This document shows, piece after piece, positions 9,401 to 19,354 of a stretch of DNA of 64,000 nt. Origin of the DNA: Verrucomicrobiia bacterium (GTDB lineage: Bacteria > Verrucomicrobiota > Verrucomicrobiia > Limisphaerales > UBA1319); NCBI GenBank assembly GCA_963664225.1, contig OY760937.1, positions 2,272,001 through 2,336,000 on the forward strand. Reading direction: 5' to 3'. Every line of letters begins with the position of its first letter. Positions within the stretch are counted from its first letter, which is position 1. Both the position numbers and the translations under genes were made by a program. The notes beneath the pieces are model-generated. The model saw only the letters and a list, made by a program, of their open reading frames with translations, had not been told where the DNA came from and searched no databases.

Positions 9401-12400
9401 TGCATTGCCTGGTGGATCAGCAGGCCCATAGTATCGCCTCCTCCGGATCTGGCGACCGATGATCTGACCTTTTTACGACGCATCGCCCGCAAAACCTGGC
9501 ACTATTTCGAGACTTTTGTCACGGCACAGGAGAACTGGCTTCCACCGGACAATTTTCAAGAGGTTCCAACGCCAACGATCGCATCCCGGACTTCACCCAC
9601 AAATATGGGTCTGGCATTGCTCGCCAATATGGCAGCATGGGATATGGGTTACCTCTCAGCGGGCGGCTTGATAAACCGAACTCAAAAAGCACTTGGGACC
9701 ATGCAAGGTCTCGAACGCCATAACGGCCATTTCTATAATTGGTACGATACTCGGACCCTGCGACCGCTCCTGCCGCTCTATATTTCGAGTGTGGACAGCG
9801 GCAACCTTGCGGGGCATTTGCTTACGCTCAGTTCCGGACTCAGGGAGCAAGCCGATGGACCGATTTTCACACCGCAGATATTTGCCGGTCTGCATGACAC
9901 GGTGAAAGTTCTGAGAGGATTGGCCGGCAAAGACCCCGTAATCACGAAACTCGATGTGGAATTGCAGATGGCGCCTTCCAGCATTCGCAAGGCTTTTACC
10001 CTCCTGGAATGGGCAACAGGCCAGGCCACCGGGATTATTACCTCGCCCGCGCGCCAGGATGATGCATTCAAAGAATGGGCACAAACCCTGAAAGCCCATT
10101 GCGAAGACCATTTGGAGGAGATGCGTTTCATCGCACCATGGCTGGCGCTGCAAAGACCAAATCCGAGCAATATTGTTGAACAACAACTATTCCAACTCGA
10201 CAAAGCTCCCACCTTGAGAGCGATCACGAAATTTGATCAATCGCTCGTTCCATTGGTCGATAAGGCATTGCGGAATCTTACAGCGGCCGCGGACCCATCT
10301 CTTGCAGAGGAAACATATCACCTCACCGTCTTCTTGAGCAGTTTACGCACGGCAACCGAGAATGCCCGCCTACGGTTGCGCGCAATGGAAACCCTGGCCA
10401 CGCAATGCGAGGAATTGGCCGCGATGGATTTCGCCTTTCTATTCGATCCGGCAAGGGAGTTGTTTGCCACCGGGTACAATGTTACCGAACATCGCCGCGA
10501 CGCCAGTTTTTATGACCTGCTCGCCTCGGAGGCCCGCCTGTGCAGTTACGTGGCCATTGCTCTAGGGCAGGTGCCGCAGGACCATTGGTTTTCCATGGGC
10601 CGTTTGCTCGTCTCCGCGAGCAGCGAATCCATATTGGTTTCCTGGAGTGGCTCGATGTTCGAATACCTGATGCCGTTGTTGGTGATGCCAAATTATGAGA
10701 ACACATTACTCGATCACACCTGTAAAGCGGCGGTGCGACAACAGATCGCCTATGGGAAGTTTAGAGGAGTGCCATGGGGCATTTCCGAATCCGGCTATAA
10801 TCTGACTGACGTTCATCTGAATTACCAATACCGGGCTTTCGGCGTGCCGGGTCTGGGTTTGAAAAGAGGGCTGGCCGATGATTTGGTGATCGCTCCTTAT
10901 GCCAGTGCCATGGCGCTGTTGGTTGCACCGGTTGAAGCCTGCAAAAACCTGAGAAATCTGGCTGACGAACAAAATGAAGGACCATTTGGATTCTACGAAG
11001 CGATCGACTACACACCGTCGCGTCAGCGGCCTGAGGAATCGCGTGCCATCATCCGATCCTTCATGGCGCATCATCAGGGAATGAGTTTTCTGGCAATGGC
11101 CAACCTGCCGGGAGTAAATCTCATGCAACGGCGGTTCATGGCCTGCCCCCTGCTCAAGGCCTCTGAATTGCTATTGCAGGAGCGTGTCCCCAAGACGGCG
11201 GCAAATGTTTTCACTGAGGATTTGGAATTGGAGACATCCCGGGTTCCTTCAGGTGAAGTCGAGAGCGTCATGCGTGTGTTCACCAATCCGACATTGCCGG
11301 CGCCGGAGGTTCATCTGTTGTCCAACGGTAATTATCATGTCGTCATCTCCAGTGCGGGAGGGGGCTACAGTCGCTGGCGCGATCTGGCCGTCACACGGTG
11401 GCGTGAAGACGCCACGCGCGATTGCTGGGGGTCCTTTATCTATTTGCGCGACCTGGAGACTGAAGAATTCTGGTCCGCCGCTTATCAGCCTACCTTGCGG
11501 CCGGCGAAAGGCTACGAAGCCATCTTCACACAGGCGCGCGCTGAGTTTCGGCAGCATCGCGGCGGCATCGATATTCACACCGAGATCTGCGTGTCGCCTG
11601 AAGACGACGTGGAGTTGCGGCGCGTCACAATCACCAATCGTTCTTCGGTCACGCGCGTCATTGAATTGACCAGTTACGCCGAAGTGGCTCTTGTGACACC
11701 GGACGCAGACGCGGCACATCCCGCTTTCAGCAATCTGTTTGTGCAAACCGAATTCTCGCGAGCATCATCGTCAATCCTCTGCACCCGTCGTGCCCGCTCC
11801 CCGGAGGAAAAGCCGCCGTGGCTGCTTCATCTAATGCTTTCCACGGGCGGCAATCAGGGAGAGATCTCCTGCGAAACCGATCGATACCGGTTTGTAGGAC
11901 GCGGCCGGACCCTGGCCAATCCTGCCGCAATGCAGGGACTTTTACCATTGTCAAACACGGTCGGTTCCGTCCTGGATCCGATCATTTCTCTGAGGCGTAC
12001 GGTAGCGTTACCACCCAATGAAACCGCCATAATTGATCTGGTTATTGGCATGACCGATAGCCGGGAATCCGCGCTGGCGCATGTCGAAAAATATCAAAGT
12101 TCCCGCATGGCGGACCGTGCCTTCGATCTGGCGTGGACCCACAGCCAGGTGACCTTGCGTCACCTCAACGCCTCGGAGGGAGAGGCGCAGCTCTACGGCC
12201 GGCTGGCCAGTGCATTGATTTATGCCGATTCCGCGCGTCGGGCCATCCCCAGCGTGCTGCTCCACAACCGGCGCGGGCAAAACGGCCTCTGGAGCTACGG
12301 AATCTCCGGTGATGCGCCCATCATCCTTCTTCACATCAGCAACAAAGACAAAGTCGAAATCGTTCGCCAATTGATTCAGGCCCACTCCTATTGGCGCATG

Positions 12401-15130
12401 AAGGGACTGACCGTTGACCTTGTCATCTTGAACGAAGATACTTCAATTTATCGTCAATCCCTCCAGGACCAGATCAAGAGTCTGATCACTTCTGGAATTG
12501 AGGCGCAAATGCTGGATAAACCGGGAGGCATCTTTGTCAGACATCTTGAGCAAATTCCAAATGAGGATCGCATTCTGCTCTATTCAGCGGCAAGAGTCGT
12601 CCTGGATGATGAGAAGGGAACCCTGGCGGAGCAATTGGAACACCGCAGCCTGCTGGAGCCTTTGGTCCCCATCCTGACACACACCCGGTCCGGTTCACCC
12701 AACTCACCTGTGCCGCTCGCTTCACGGGAATTGATTTTCAGGAACGGCCTCGGTGGATTCACCCGCGACGGCCACGAATATGTCATCACCCTTGAGCACG
12801 GACAAATGACGCCCGCACCCTGGATCAATGTGCTGGCCAATCCCACTTTTGGAACGATCATCTCAGAAAGCGGCGCCGGATACACCTGGTGCGATAATTC
12901 CCACGAATTTCGATTAACACCCTGGAGCAACGATCCCGTCCAGGACACCACCGGTGAAGCGCTCTACATTCGTGATGAGCACACCGGGCAGTTTTGGTCT
13001 CCCACGCCGCTGCCCGCGCGCGGCCCCACGCCTTATGTCATCCGGCATGGCTTCGGCTATACGGTGTTCGAGCATACTGAGAACGGCGTTGCTTCCGAGT
13101 TGTGGGTCTATGTGGCAATGGACGCACCGGTAAAATTAATGGTTTTGAAATTGCGCAACGTCTCCGGGTATCCGCGACGCCTGTCTGTCACGGGCTACTG
13201 CGAATGGGTGTTGGGCGACTTGAGGCATAAAGGTCTCCTGCATGTCCAAACCGAAACAGACCTCAAGACCGGCGCCTTGCTGGCACGCAATTATTACAAC
13301 TCCGAATTCCCTGATCGAATTGTGTTCATCGATGTGAACGATCCAACGCGCACGCTCACCGGAGATCGAAAGGAGTTCATTGGCCGAAACGGAAATCTGG
13401 CGCAACCCGCCGCCATGAAGCGAACGCGCCTCTCGGGTAAAACCGGGGCGGGACTGGATCCGTGCGGCGCGGTACAAGTCGCTTTCAATCTGCCCGATGA
13501 ACAGGAACATGAAACGAGTTTTCACCTCGGGGTGGGCCGCAATACGACTGAGGTGCAGAATCTGATCCGACGGTTTCGCCAGTCCGATGCAAACCGGGTG
13601 GCACTGGAAGGTGTGTGGGAGTATTGGAATCGGACTCTCGGCGCTGTGAATGTGGATACGCCGGATTCGTCCGTGAATGTAATGGCCAACGGCTGGCTGT
13701 TGTATCAGACGTTGAGCTGTCGGATCTGGGGGCGGACGGGGTTTTATCAATCCGGCGGCGCCTACGGCTTCCGAGACCAGTTGCAGGACGTGATGGCCCT
13801 GGTGCATGCCGAACCCGCGCTGGCTCGCGAGCATTTGCTGCGCGCCGCCGCGCGTCAATTTCGCGAGGGCGACGTGCAACATTGGTGGCATCCGCCGACC
13901 GGTCGCGGCGTGCGAACGCATTTTTCCGACGACTTCCTTTGGTTGCCTTATGCAACCTGCCGCTATGTCTCGTGCGTTGCCGACACAGGCGTTCTTGATG
14001 AAAAGATACCTTTCCTTCAATCACGTCCGGTCAGGCCGGATGAGGAGGCCTTTTACGATTTGCCCAATCGCGCGGAGGAGTCGGCCACGCTTTATCAGCA
14101 TTGCGTGCGCGCCATTGAGCGCGGTCTGGCATTTGGCGCACATGGCCTTCCGCTGATCGGTTGCGGCGACTGGAATGATGGCATGAATCGGGTGGGAAAC
14201 CAGGGACAAGGCGAAAGCGTCTGGCTGGCCTTCTTCCTTTACGATGTGCTCACCCAGTTTGCGGGGCTGGCTGCCGCACGCAACGATGCCGCCTTTGCCG
14301 AACATTGCACAGTCCAGGCAAAACAACTTCAACTAAACATCGAACAACATGCCTGGGATGGACAATGGTATCGTCGCGCCTACTTCGATAACGGCGAACC
14401 GCTCGGCTCCCAGACCAATCCAGAATGCCAGATCGATTCCCTGCCTCAAAGTTGGTCGGTGATCAGCGGGGCCGGCGATCCTCAACGAACACATCAGGCG
14501 ATGCAATCCGTGGACCAGCGGCTCGTCCACCGCGACGAGGGACTCGTTCAATTATTTGATCCGCCCTTCGACAAATCCGCACTCAATCCCGGCTATATCA
14601 AAGGCTACATTCCCGGCGTCCGTGAAAACGGCGGTCAATATACGCATGGTGCCATTTGGGCCGCCATGGCCTTCGCGATCATGGGCGATCATGAACGGGC
14701 GTGGGAACTCTTCGCACTGCTTAATCCCATTCATCATGGAGGCACCCCAGGACAAATCGCCCTCTATAAAGTGGAGCCGTATGTCGTCGCGGCGGACATT
14801 TATGCGGTCCCGCCGCACACAGGTCGCGGTGGCTGGACTTGGTACACCGGATCGGCCGGCTGGATGTATCGGTTGCTCGTTGAAACCTTGCTGGGTGTAA
14901 ACCGCGAAGGGGATCAACTGCTGTTGAGTCCACATCCACCAAAAAGCTGGGCGACATTCAAAGTCCACTATCGATACCATAAAACCGTTTATCACATCAC
15001 CATCACCCGCCTCCCTGTGGATTCGGTAGGCGTGAATCTGTTATCTCTCGACGGACGTGAGCTATCCGGGAATACGATCCCGCTCCAGGACGATGGACAC
15101 GAACATACCGCCGAAATGAAAGTCCCATGA
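6440..15130 (+). CDS. ndvB: Cyclic beta-1,2-glucan synthase (GT84 plus C-terminal GH94-type phosphorylase region)
   Basis: About 2900 aa. AEWLLDNFY, WMGYERKRGKL, LSHDLLE, RTSPTNMG, SWSGSMFEYLMP, YQSGGAYGFRDQLQD, GDWNDGMN and ENGGQYTH. ATG at 6440 chosen. Confidence 0.92.
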   Translation: MLNLSSHWQTWMARQAHPLPRASEPPLRADLFSVDQLARHARALAANHQVATREGSNRLLDRLVQNEERLRTFNRQTLAVGQSRRITPAAEWLLDNFYLIEEQIQMARRHLPRGYSRELPRLVNGQSAGLPRVYDIVLELISHVDAQIDAEPLAAFIAAYQNVAPLNLGELWAIPIMLRLGLIENLQRITTLLTIAREDRDLADLWVDRLQAMAEKNPSHLVIVVADMAKANLPLSSSFVAEFCQRLSRQSPVLHLARTWLEQRLVEQGLSIEQLVQLESQNQAADQVSVSHSISSLRLLSAMDWKEFVESLSLVEKILRTDPARLYSAMDFSTRDCYRHSVEFTARHGQLSEADVALRAIAMAAESAAQKGIEDRTSHVGFYLIDKGDAILARLANVQWPWRTFIERGIRRFPLTSYAGGIALVTLIATLGFTLQAWKLEVNGWKLTLFALAFVLCASQLAVSLVNWLITLSVKPRLLPRLDYSSGIASECSTMVVVPTMLASLEGIDHLIETLEIHYLSNRDKHLYFALLTDFRDAAEEILPGDQLLLARAKAGVEMLGRKYSSDRKDLFFLLHRPRRWNAKEGVWMGYERKRGKLTEFNSLLRGGSVNSFSEIVGDTAILPLIKYVITLDTDTQLPRDTARQLVGTMAHPLNRPLFDGVSGIVTEGYGILQPRVGVSLPSARRSWFVRLYAGDVGIDPYTREVSDVYQDVFEEGSFIGKGIYDVDAFRRAMSKRFPENAILSHDLLEACHARSGLVSDVTFYEDYPSRYIVDVERRHRWIRGDWQITRWLLPGVPSADGARIRNPLSILSQWKIIDNLRRSLVPIALLLLMLGGWLLPPPLGSLGFLLVLLLITFHGMVANLVNLFCKPKDLPLAMHLNGVAGACARQFGQTLLTLVFLPYEAFISLDAILRTLYRLLVTHRRLLDWQTSSDSERTSRSSITSFYTVMWIAPVIALFSGLILAATQPDQLSLFLPILGLWLTAPCIAWWISRPIVSPPPDLATDDLTFLRRIARKTWHYFETFVTAQENWLPPDNFQEVPTPTIASRTSPTNMGLALLANMAAWDMGYLSAGGLINRTQKALGTMQGLERHNGHFYNWYDTRTLRPLLPLYISSVDSGNLAGHLLTLSSGLREQADGPIFTPQIFAGLHDTVKVLRGLAGKDPVITKLDVELQMAPSSIRKAFTLLEWATGQATGIITSPARQDDAFKEWAQTLKAHCEDHLEEMRFIAPWLALQRPNPSNIVEQQLFQLDKAPTLRAITKFDQSLVPLVDKALRNLTAAADPSLAEETYHLTVFLSSLRTATENARLRLRAMETLATQCEELAAMDFAFLFDPARELFATGYNVTEHRRDASFYDLLASEARLCSYVAIALGQVPQDHWFSMGRLLVSASSESILVSWSGSMFEYLMPLLVMPNYENTLLDHTCKAAVRQQIAYGKFRGVPWGISESGYNLTDVHLNYQYRAFGVPGLGLKRGLADDLVIAPYASAMALLVAPVEACKNLRNLADEQNEGPFGFYEAIDYTPSRQRPEESRAIIRSFMAHHQGMSFLAMANLPGVNLMQRRFMACPLLKASELLLQERVPKTAANVFTEDLELETSRVPSGEVESVMRVFTNPTLPAPEVHLLSNGNYHVVISSAGGGYSRWRDLAVTRWREDATRDCWGSFIYLRDLETEEFWSAAYQPTLRPAKGYEAIFTQARAEFRQHRGGIDIHTEICVSPEDDVELRRVTITNRSSVTRVIELTSYAEVALVTPDADAAHPAFSNLFVQTEFSRASSSILCTRRARSPEEKPPWLLHLMLSTGGNQGEISCETDRYRFVGRGRTLANPAAMQGLLPLSNTVGSVLDPIISLRRTVALPPNETAIIDLVIGMTDSRESALAHVEKYQSSRMADRAFDLAWTHSQVTLRHLNASEGEAQLYGRLASALIYADSARRAIPSVLLHNRRGQNGLWSYGISGDAPIILLHISNKDKVEIVRQLIQAHSYWRMKGLTVDLVILNEDTSIYRQSLQDQIKSLITSGIEAQMLDKPGGIFVRHLEQIPNEDRILLYSAARVVLDDEKGTLAEQLEHRSLLEPLVPILTHTRSGSPNSPVPLASRELIFRNGLGGFTRDGHEYVITLEHGQMTPAPWINVLANPTFGTIISESGAGYTWCDNSHEFRLTPWSNDPVQDTTGEALYIRDEHTGQFWSPTPLPARGPTPYVIRHGFGYTVFEHTENGVASELWVYVAMDAPVKLMVLKLRNVSGYPRRLSVTGYCEWVLGDLRHKGLLHVQTETDLKTGALLARNYYNSEFPDRIVFIDVNDPTRTLTGDRKEFIGRNGNLAQPAAMKRTRLSGKTGAGLDPCGAVQVAFNLPDEQEHETSFHLGVGRNTTEVQNLIRRFRQSDANRVALEGVWEYWNRTLGAVNVDTPDSSVNVMANGWLLYQTLSCRIWGRTGFYQSGGAYGFRDQLQDVMALVHAEPALAREHLLRAAARQFREGDVQHWWHPPTGRGVRTHFSDDFLWLPYATCRYVSCVADTGVLDEKIPFLQSRPVRPDEEAFYDLPNRAEESATLYQHCVRAIERGLAFGAHGLPLIGCGDWNDGMNRVGNQGQGESVWLAFFLYDVLTQFAGLAAARNDAAFAEHCTVQAKQLQLNIEQHAWDGQWYRRAYFDNGEPLGSQTNPECQIDSLPQSWSVISGAGDPQRTHQAMQSVDQRLVHRDEGLVQLFDPPFDKSALNPGYIKGYIPGVRENGGQYTHGAIWAAMAFAIMGDHERAWELFALLNPIHHGGTPGQIALYKVEPYVVAADIYAVPPHTGRGGWTWYTGSAGWMYRLLVETLLGVNREGDQLLLSPHPPKSWATFKVHYRYHKTVYHITITRLPVDSVGVNLLSLDGRELSGNTIPLQDDGHEHTAEMKVP

Positions 15131-15145
15131 ATTGCATAAACCGCC

Positions 15146-16861
15146 GTGGTTAGCACCAGACAATTCATCCGGACACCCCAGGCCTTCAGTTGGGTCGATC
15201 TGGCTGTTGCCGGACTGCTGGCCGCGTTTATCTATGCGCTCGTCACAGTGTCCCACGAATGGATCAGCCCTTTGCAGCAAGTCCCGGAGATCCATCTGGA
15301 GGCGCGATATCTGCCGCTCTATGCGCTCTATAGCCTGTCACGCGGCGTCATGGCATACGGCGTGTCATTCCTGTTCACCATGGTTTATGGCTACGCGATG
15401 GCTCGAGTGACAGGCGCCGAGCGTGTGATGTTGCCCGTGCTCGATATTCTGCAAAGCATCCCTGTGCTAGGCTTTCTGCCGGGATTTGTAATCGGACTGG
15501 TTCACCTGTTTCCACACCGGAACATCGGCCTGGAAATCGCGTCGGTGCTGATGATCTTCACGGGACAGGTGTGGAACATGACGTTTTCGTTTTACTCGTC
15601 GTTGAAATCGGTGCCACCTGATTTGGTGGAGGTCTCCCGTCTCGCCAGAATGTCCTGGTGGGAGCGATTCTTTCGCCTCGACCTCTCATTTTCAGCAAAC
15701 GGATTACTATGGAACAGTATGATGTCGATGGCAGGCGGCTGGTTCTTCCTGATGGTCAGCGAGGCGTTTGTTCTGGGCGAGCACGATTTTCGACTGCCCG
15801 GTCTGGGTTCGTTTATGAGCCTCGCCATCGAGCGCGGCAATGGACAGGCGCAACTGCTCGGAGTGTTTTCGATGCTCGGGATGATTGTGTTCGTTGACCA
15901 GGTGGTCTGGCGACCGCTTGTGGCGTGGTCACACAAGTTCAGTGATGAAGAATCAACGAGCGCATCCGGGTCATGGCTCTGGGAGCGGATTCGACGGTCC
16001 CGCGTCTGGTGGGTCGCGGCGCAATCTTTCAAGTTTTTCCGGCGGCGGGCCAATTCGCCCGCAGTCGCACCCATGACTCACACGGCATGGGCGGGTGCAC
16101 GCTCGGCCAGCGTGCTGCATGGATCAAAACGCATGCTTGCGGGCGTGGTTGGCGCAGGAGTCCTGATTGGTCTGGTGAAGTATTTCCAATTGCTCATGAC
16201 TCTGACGGGCAGCGAATGGCTCCGACTGCTCCAGAGCACCGGGGCGACCTTTCTGCGCGTCGTCGTTGCGGTGATGCTGGCATCGCTTTGGACAATTCCT
16301 GTTGGAGTCATGATTGGCCGGCATCCGCGTTGGTCGCGCGCGTTGCAACCCGTCATTCAGATGGCGGCAAGCTTCCCCGCGCCGATGATCTTCCCGGTGG
16401 TGGTGGGTGGGATGCTCGCATTGGGTGCCGGCTTGGGAATCAGCTCCGTCGTGCTGCTGTTGCTGGGCACGCAGTGGTACATCCTATTCAATGTCATTGC
16501 GGGCAGCAGTGGAATTCCGCGCGAACTCTGGGAAGTGGCCCGTCTATCCCAATTCGACTGGCGCCATCGTTGGCAGCAACTGATTCTGCCCGCCATCTTC
16601 CCAAGCCTGCTCACCGGCTGGATCACCGCGATGGGCGGCGCGTGGAACGCCAGCATCGTCGCCGAATACATGAAGTATCACGGGCAGACACTCAGCACGA
16701 CGGGACTGGGCGCGGCGATCAGCCAGGCGACGGAACGCGGTGATTTTCACATCCTGGCCGCTGCGGTGGGCATCATGGCAATAACAGTCGTGAGCTTCAA
16801 CCGGCTTGTCTGGCGGCCGCTCAGTCACCTGGCGCAAACCCGCTTTACTTTGGACACCTGA
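15146..16861 (+). CDS. ABC transporter permease with two TM modules (NitT/TauT-like)
   Basis: LDILQSIPVLGF, LWNSMMSMAGGWFFL and TAMGGAWNASIVAE; duplicated permease domains. Confidence 0.88.
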   Translation: MVSTRQFIRTPQAFSWVDLAVAGLLAAFIYALVTVSHEWISPLQQVPEIHLEARYLPLYALYSLSRGVMAYGVSFLFTMVYGYAMARVTGAERVMLPVLDILQSIPVLGFLPGFVIGLVHLFPHRNIGLEIASVLMIFTGQVWNMTFSFYSSLKSVPPDLVEVSRLARMSWWERFFRLDLSFSANGLLWNSMMSMAGGWFFLMVSEAFVLGEHDFRLPGLGSFMSLAIERGNGQAQLLGVFSMLGMIVFVDQVVWRPLVAWSHKFSDEESTSASGSWLWERIRRSRVWWVAAQSFKFFRRRANSPAVAPMTHTAWAGARSASVLHGSKRMLAGVVGAGVLIGLVKYFQLLMTLTGSEWLRLLQSTGATFLRVVVAVMLASLWTIPVGVMIGRHPRWSRALQPVIQMAASFPAPMIFPVVVGGMLALGAGLGISSVVLLLLGTQWYILFNVIAGSSGIPRELWEVARLSQFDWRHRWQQLILPAIFPSLLTGWITAMGGAWNASIVAEYMKYHGQTLSTTGLGAAISQATERGDFHILAAAVGIMAITVVSFNRLVWRPLSHLAQTRFTLDT

Positions 16862-16863
16862 TT

Positions 16864-18177
16864 ATGGCAACCCCTCTTTTGGAAATCCGAAACGTGTCCC
16901 AGTCCTTCCCCGGCGCTGGTGGCGGGACCGTGGAAATACTCCATGACATCAACCTCGAAATCCGCGAGCACGAAGTTGTGGCAATCCTGGGGCCATCGGG
17001 ATGTGGCAAATCGACGCTGCTGCGCGCCATCATCGGCCTGGAACCTCCCACCTCGGGCCAAATCCTGTTTCGAGGCAAATTGCAGTCCGGACTGAATGCA
17101 TCGACCTCTTTGGTGTTCCAAAACTTTGCGCTGTTCCCGTGGTTGAACGTGCAGCAAAACGTGGCGGTCGGATTGTCGCATCTGCCGCTGGACGACGCCG
17201 GGCGGGAAAAGCGCGTGCGCGAGGTGCTTGGCATGGTGGGCCTTGGCGGTTCCGAGGAAGCATATCCAAGGGAGCTTTCGGGCGGCATGAAGCAGCGCGT
17301 CGGGCTGGCCCGCGCCCTTGCCGTCGAACCGGAGATCCTCTGCATGGATGAACCTTTCAGCGCCCTTGACGTCTTCACCAGCGAGACATTACGCAACGAA
17401 GTCATCGACATCTACACCCGCAAGACCGCTCCGCTAAACAGCATCCTGATGGTGACACACAGCATTAGCGAAGGGGTCTTCATGGCGACGCGACTCGTGG
17501 TGATGGGCGCCCACCCCGGCATCATTCGAGCGGTCCTCGACAACGCGCTGCCCTACCCGCGTGACGAGCATCACCCGGATTTCGTCGCTCTTACCCAAAA
17601 GCTCCACGAACTGATCACGCAGACGGTGTTACCACCCGCACTGGCCCCGGCCACGGTTGAAGGTGTTGGAAAACCACCCATCCAGTCGATTCCAGCCGTC
17701 TCGCTCAGCAGCGCCATCGGTTTGCTCGAAGTTCTTGAAAACGAAGGCAGCCTTGAGTTGTTCGAACTGACGCGCCACGTGGATATCGAGCTGACCCAAC
17801 TCCTCCCCATTGTGAAAGCCGCCGGGACACTGAGCTGGGTCAGGACGACGGGCGGCCGCGTTGAGATGACCGAGGAAGGACGGCAGTTCCTCGCCGCCGA
17901 CGTCACCTCGCGCAAGCATCAGCTCAACACCACACTGAGAGGCCTGTTCGTTTTCGATTTCATCTTAAATGCCCTCAACCAGTCTTCGAACAATCAAATT
18001 AATGAGCAGGTGGTACTGACCGAATTTGCGCGTAAGTTTCCGCACGAACGTCCGCAACGCATCCTCCGAACCGTCGTCGCCTGGGCGCGCTACGCTGAAT
18101 TATTTCAGTACAACAGCACTCGGAAGACGCTGCATGGACTTCACCAAGGTGCGGCCATCTCGAAACCCACGCTGTAG
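16864..18177 (+). CDS. ABC transporter ATP-binding protein with C-terminal AAA-associated domain
   Basis: Walker A GPSGCGKST, LSGGMKQ signature, MDEPFSALD and a C-terminal WARYAELF. Confidence 0.92.
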   Translation: MATPLLEIRNVSQSFPGAGGGTVEILHDINLEIREHEVVAILGPSGCGKSTLLRAIIGLEPPTSGQILFRGKLQSGLNASTSLVFQNFALFPWLNVQQNVAVGLSHLPLDDAGREKRVREVLGMVGLGGSEEAYPRELSGGMKQRVGLARALAVEPEILCMDEPFSALDVFTSETLRNEVIDIYTRKTAPLNSILMVTHSISEGVFMATRLVVMGAHPGIIRAVLDNALPYPRDEHHPDFVALTQKLHELITQTVLPPALAPATVEGVGKPPIQSIPAVSLSSAIGLLEVLENEGSLELFELTRHVDIELTQLLPIVKAAGTLSWVRTTGGRVEMTEEGRQFLAADVTSRKHQLNTTLRGLFVFDFILNALNQSSNNQINEQVVLTEFARKFPHERPQRILRTVVAWARYAELFQYNSTRKTLHGLHQGAAISKPTL

Positions 18178-18209
18178 CGCAGAGATTCCGGGACTCAGGA
18201 TGTTCTCTG

Positions 18210-18226
18210 GTAGGGTTACACCCCAT
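18210..18226. promoter_or_regulatory. Recurrent site, copy 3 (GTAGGGTTACACCCCAT)
   Basis: Identical over 21 nt to 21656-21676; upstream of DUF3309. No clear -10 at the matching distance. Confidence 0.7.
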
Positions 18227-18354
18227 GGCAGTCACGGTATATTCGAACGAGGTTCATGGCATGAAAAGCAGACCATTCGTTGAAAAGTCAGATTAATAAA
18301 TTCGATGGCCATTGGCGGGTGGTCTGCATCCAATCCTTCAATGAAAGAAATGTT

Positions 18355-18510
18355 ATGTTAGGCACTGTTCTGGTTGTTCTACTTGTTTTGATGTTGATCG
18401 GCTCGTTCCCCGCCTGGCCTCACAGCCGGAACTGGGGGTACGGTCCTAGCGGCGGACTGGGCCTTGTTCTGACGATCCTGGTCGTCCTGCTTTTGTTGGG
18501 AAGGATTTGA
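18355..18510 (+). CDS. DUF3309 family small membrane protein
   Basis: PAWPHSRNWGYGPSGGLGLVL signature. Confidence 0.9.
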   Translation: MLGTVLVVLLVLMLIGSFPAWPHSRNWGYGPSGGLGLVLTILVVLLLLGRI

Positions 18511-18613
18511 TCGTCGCTCCATGCCGGGCTTTTGTAGCCTCGCGGGCGAGGAATTGGGCGGAGCGTAACTGAACACTCTGGACGAAGAGAATCTGAAAGC
18601 TTTGGATTTATTT

Positions 18614-18805
18614 ATGATTCAATTGAATTTCACAGACGAAGAGGAAACTCTCTTAAGAGAAGAAGTGAGCAAGCGCCTTGTCGATCTGAACAACGAGATT
18701 GCCCACACGGATACCATGGATTTCAAAGAGATGCTCCAACGCCGTCGCGAGATGTTCCATAAATTGCTCCAAAAACTGCCCGATATCCCGGGAAGCACCC
18801 CATGA
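18614..18805 (+). CDS. Small helical hypothetical protein
   Basis: MIQLNFTDEEETLLREEV...EIAHTDTMDFKEML; amphipathic and co-directional with neighbours. Confidence 0.7.
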   Translation: MIQLNFTDEEETLLREEVSKRLVDLNNEIAHTDTMDFKEMLQRRREMFHKLLQKLPDIPGSTP

Positions 18806-18948
18806 CCATGCAGTGGTATTGGATCCGCGAGGCGACGGATAACGCACTTTTGCGCGGTGCTCAATTTAGTTCCGGGCCGCCTTCGGAGAAACATTTTATT
18901 AAATTTACCGTCAAGTCGGCGGCGAACCAAAGAGAAAGCATAACACAA

Positions 18949-19152
18949 ATGAATAAACTTGAAATCAAAGGTGATTGGAATATCACCAAGGGCAAACTGA
19001 AACAGAAGTGGGCCAAACTCACGGATGACGATCTTCAATGGGCCGAAGGAAAACAGGAAGAATTGGTGGGCCGCATCCAGAAGCGCACCGGCGAGAGCCG
19101 TGAAGCGATCGAAAAAGCCATCAAGGAAACCTCGTCCTGTGGCTGCAAATAG
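18949..19152 (+). CDS. csbD: CsbD family general stress protein
   Basis: IKGDWNITKGKLKQKWAKLTDDDL...EGKQEELVGRIQKRTG. Confidence 0.92.
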   Translation: MNKLEIKGDWNITKGKLKQKWAKLTDDDLQWAEGKQEELVGRIQKRTGESREAIEKAIKETSSCGCK

Positions 19153-19354
19153 GTTGTTGACCGCGCGGGCGAACTGAGAGGCGGCATCCTTGCTGGTTTT
19201 AATGGGTGGAGTCTCGCATGGCTGTCGCCTGCCCCATCCACTGTTAATCGTCCGTCACACCCGGCTGATGAATGATTTGAATGGAATCAGCATTCGGTTT
19301 GGGACATTGATGAGCATTCATCTGCCGAGGCGCGATGGACATTGAGCGTTTACC

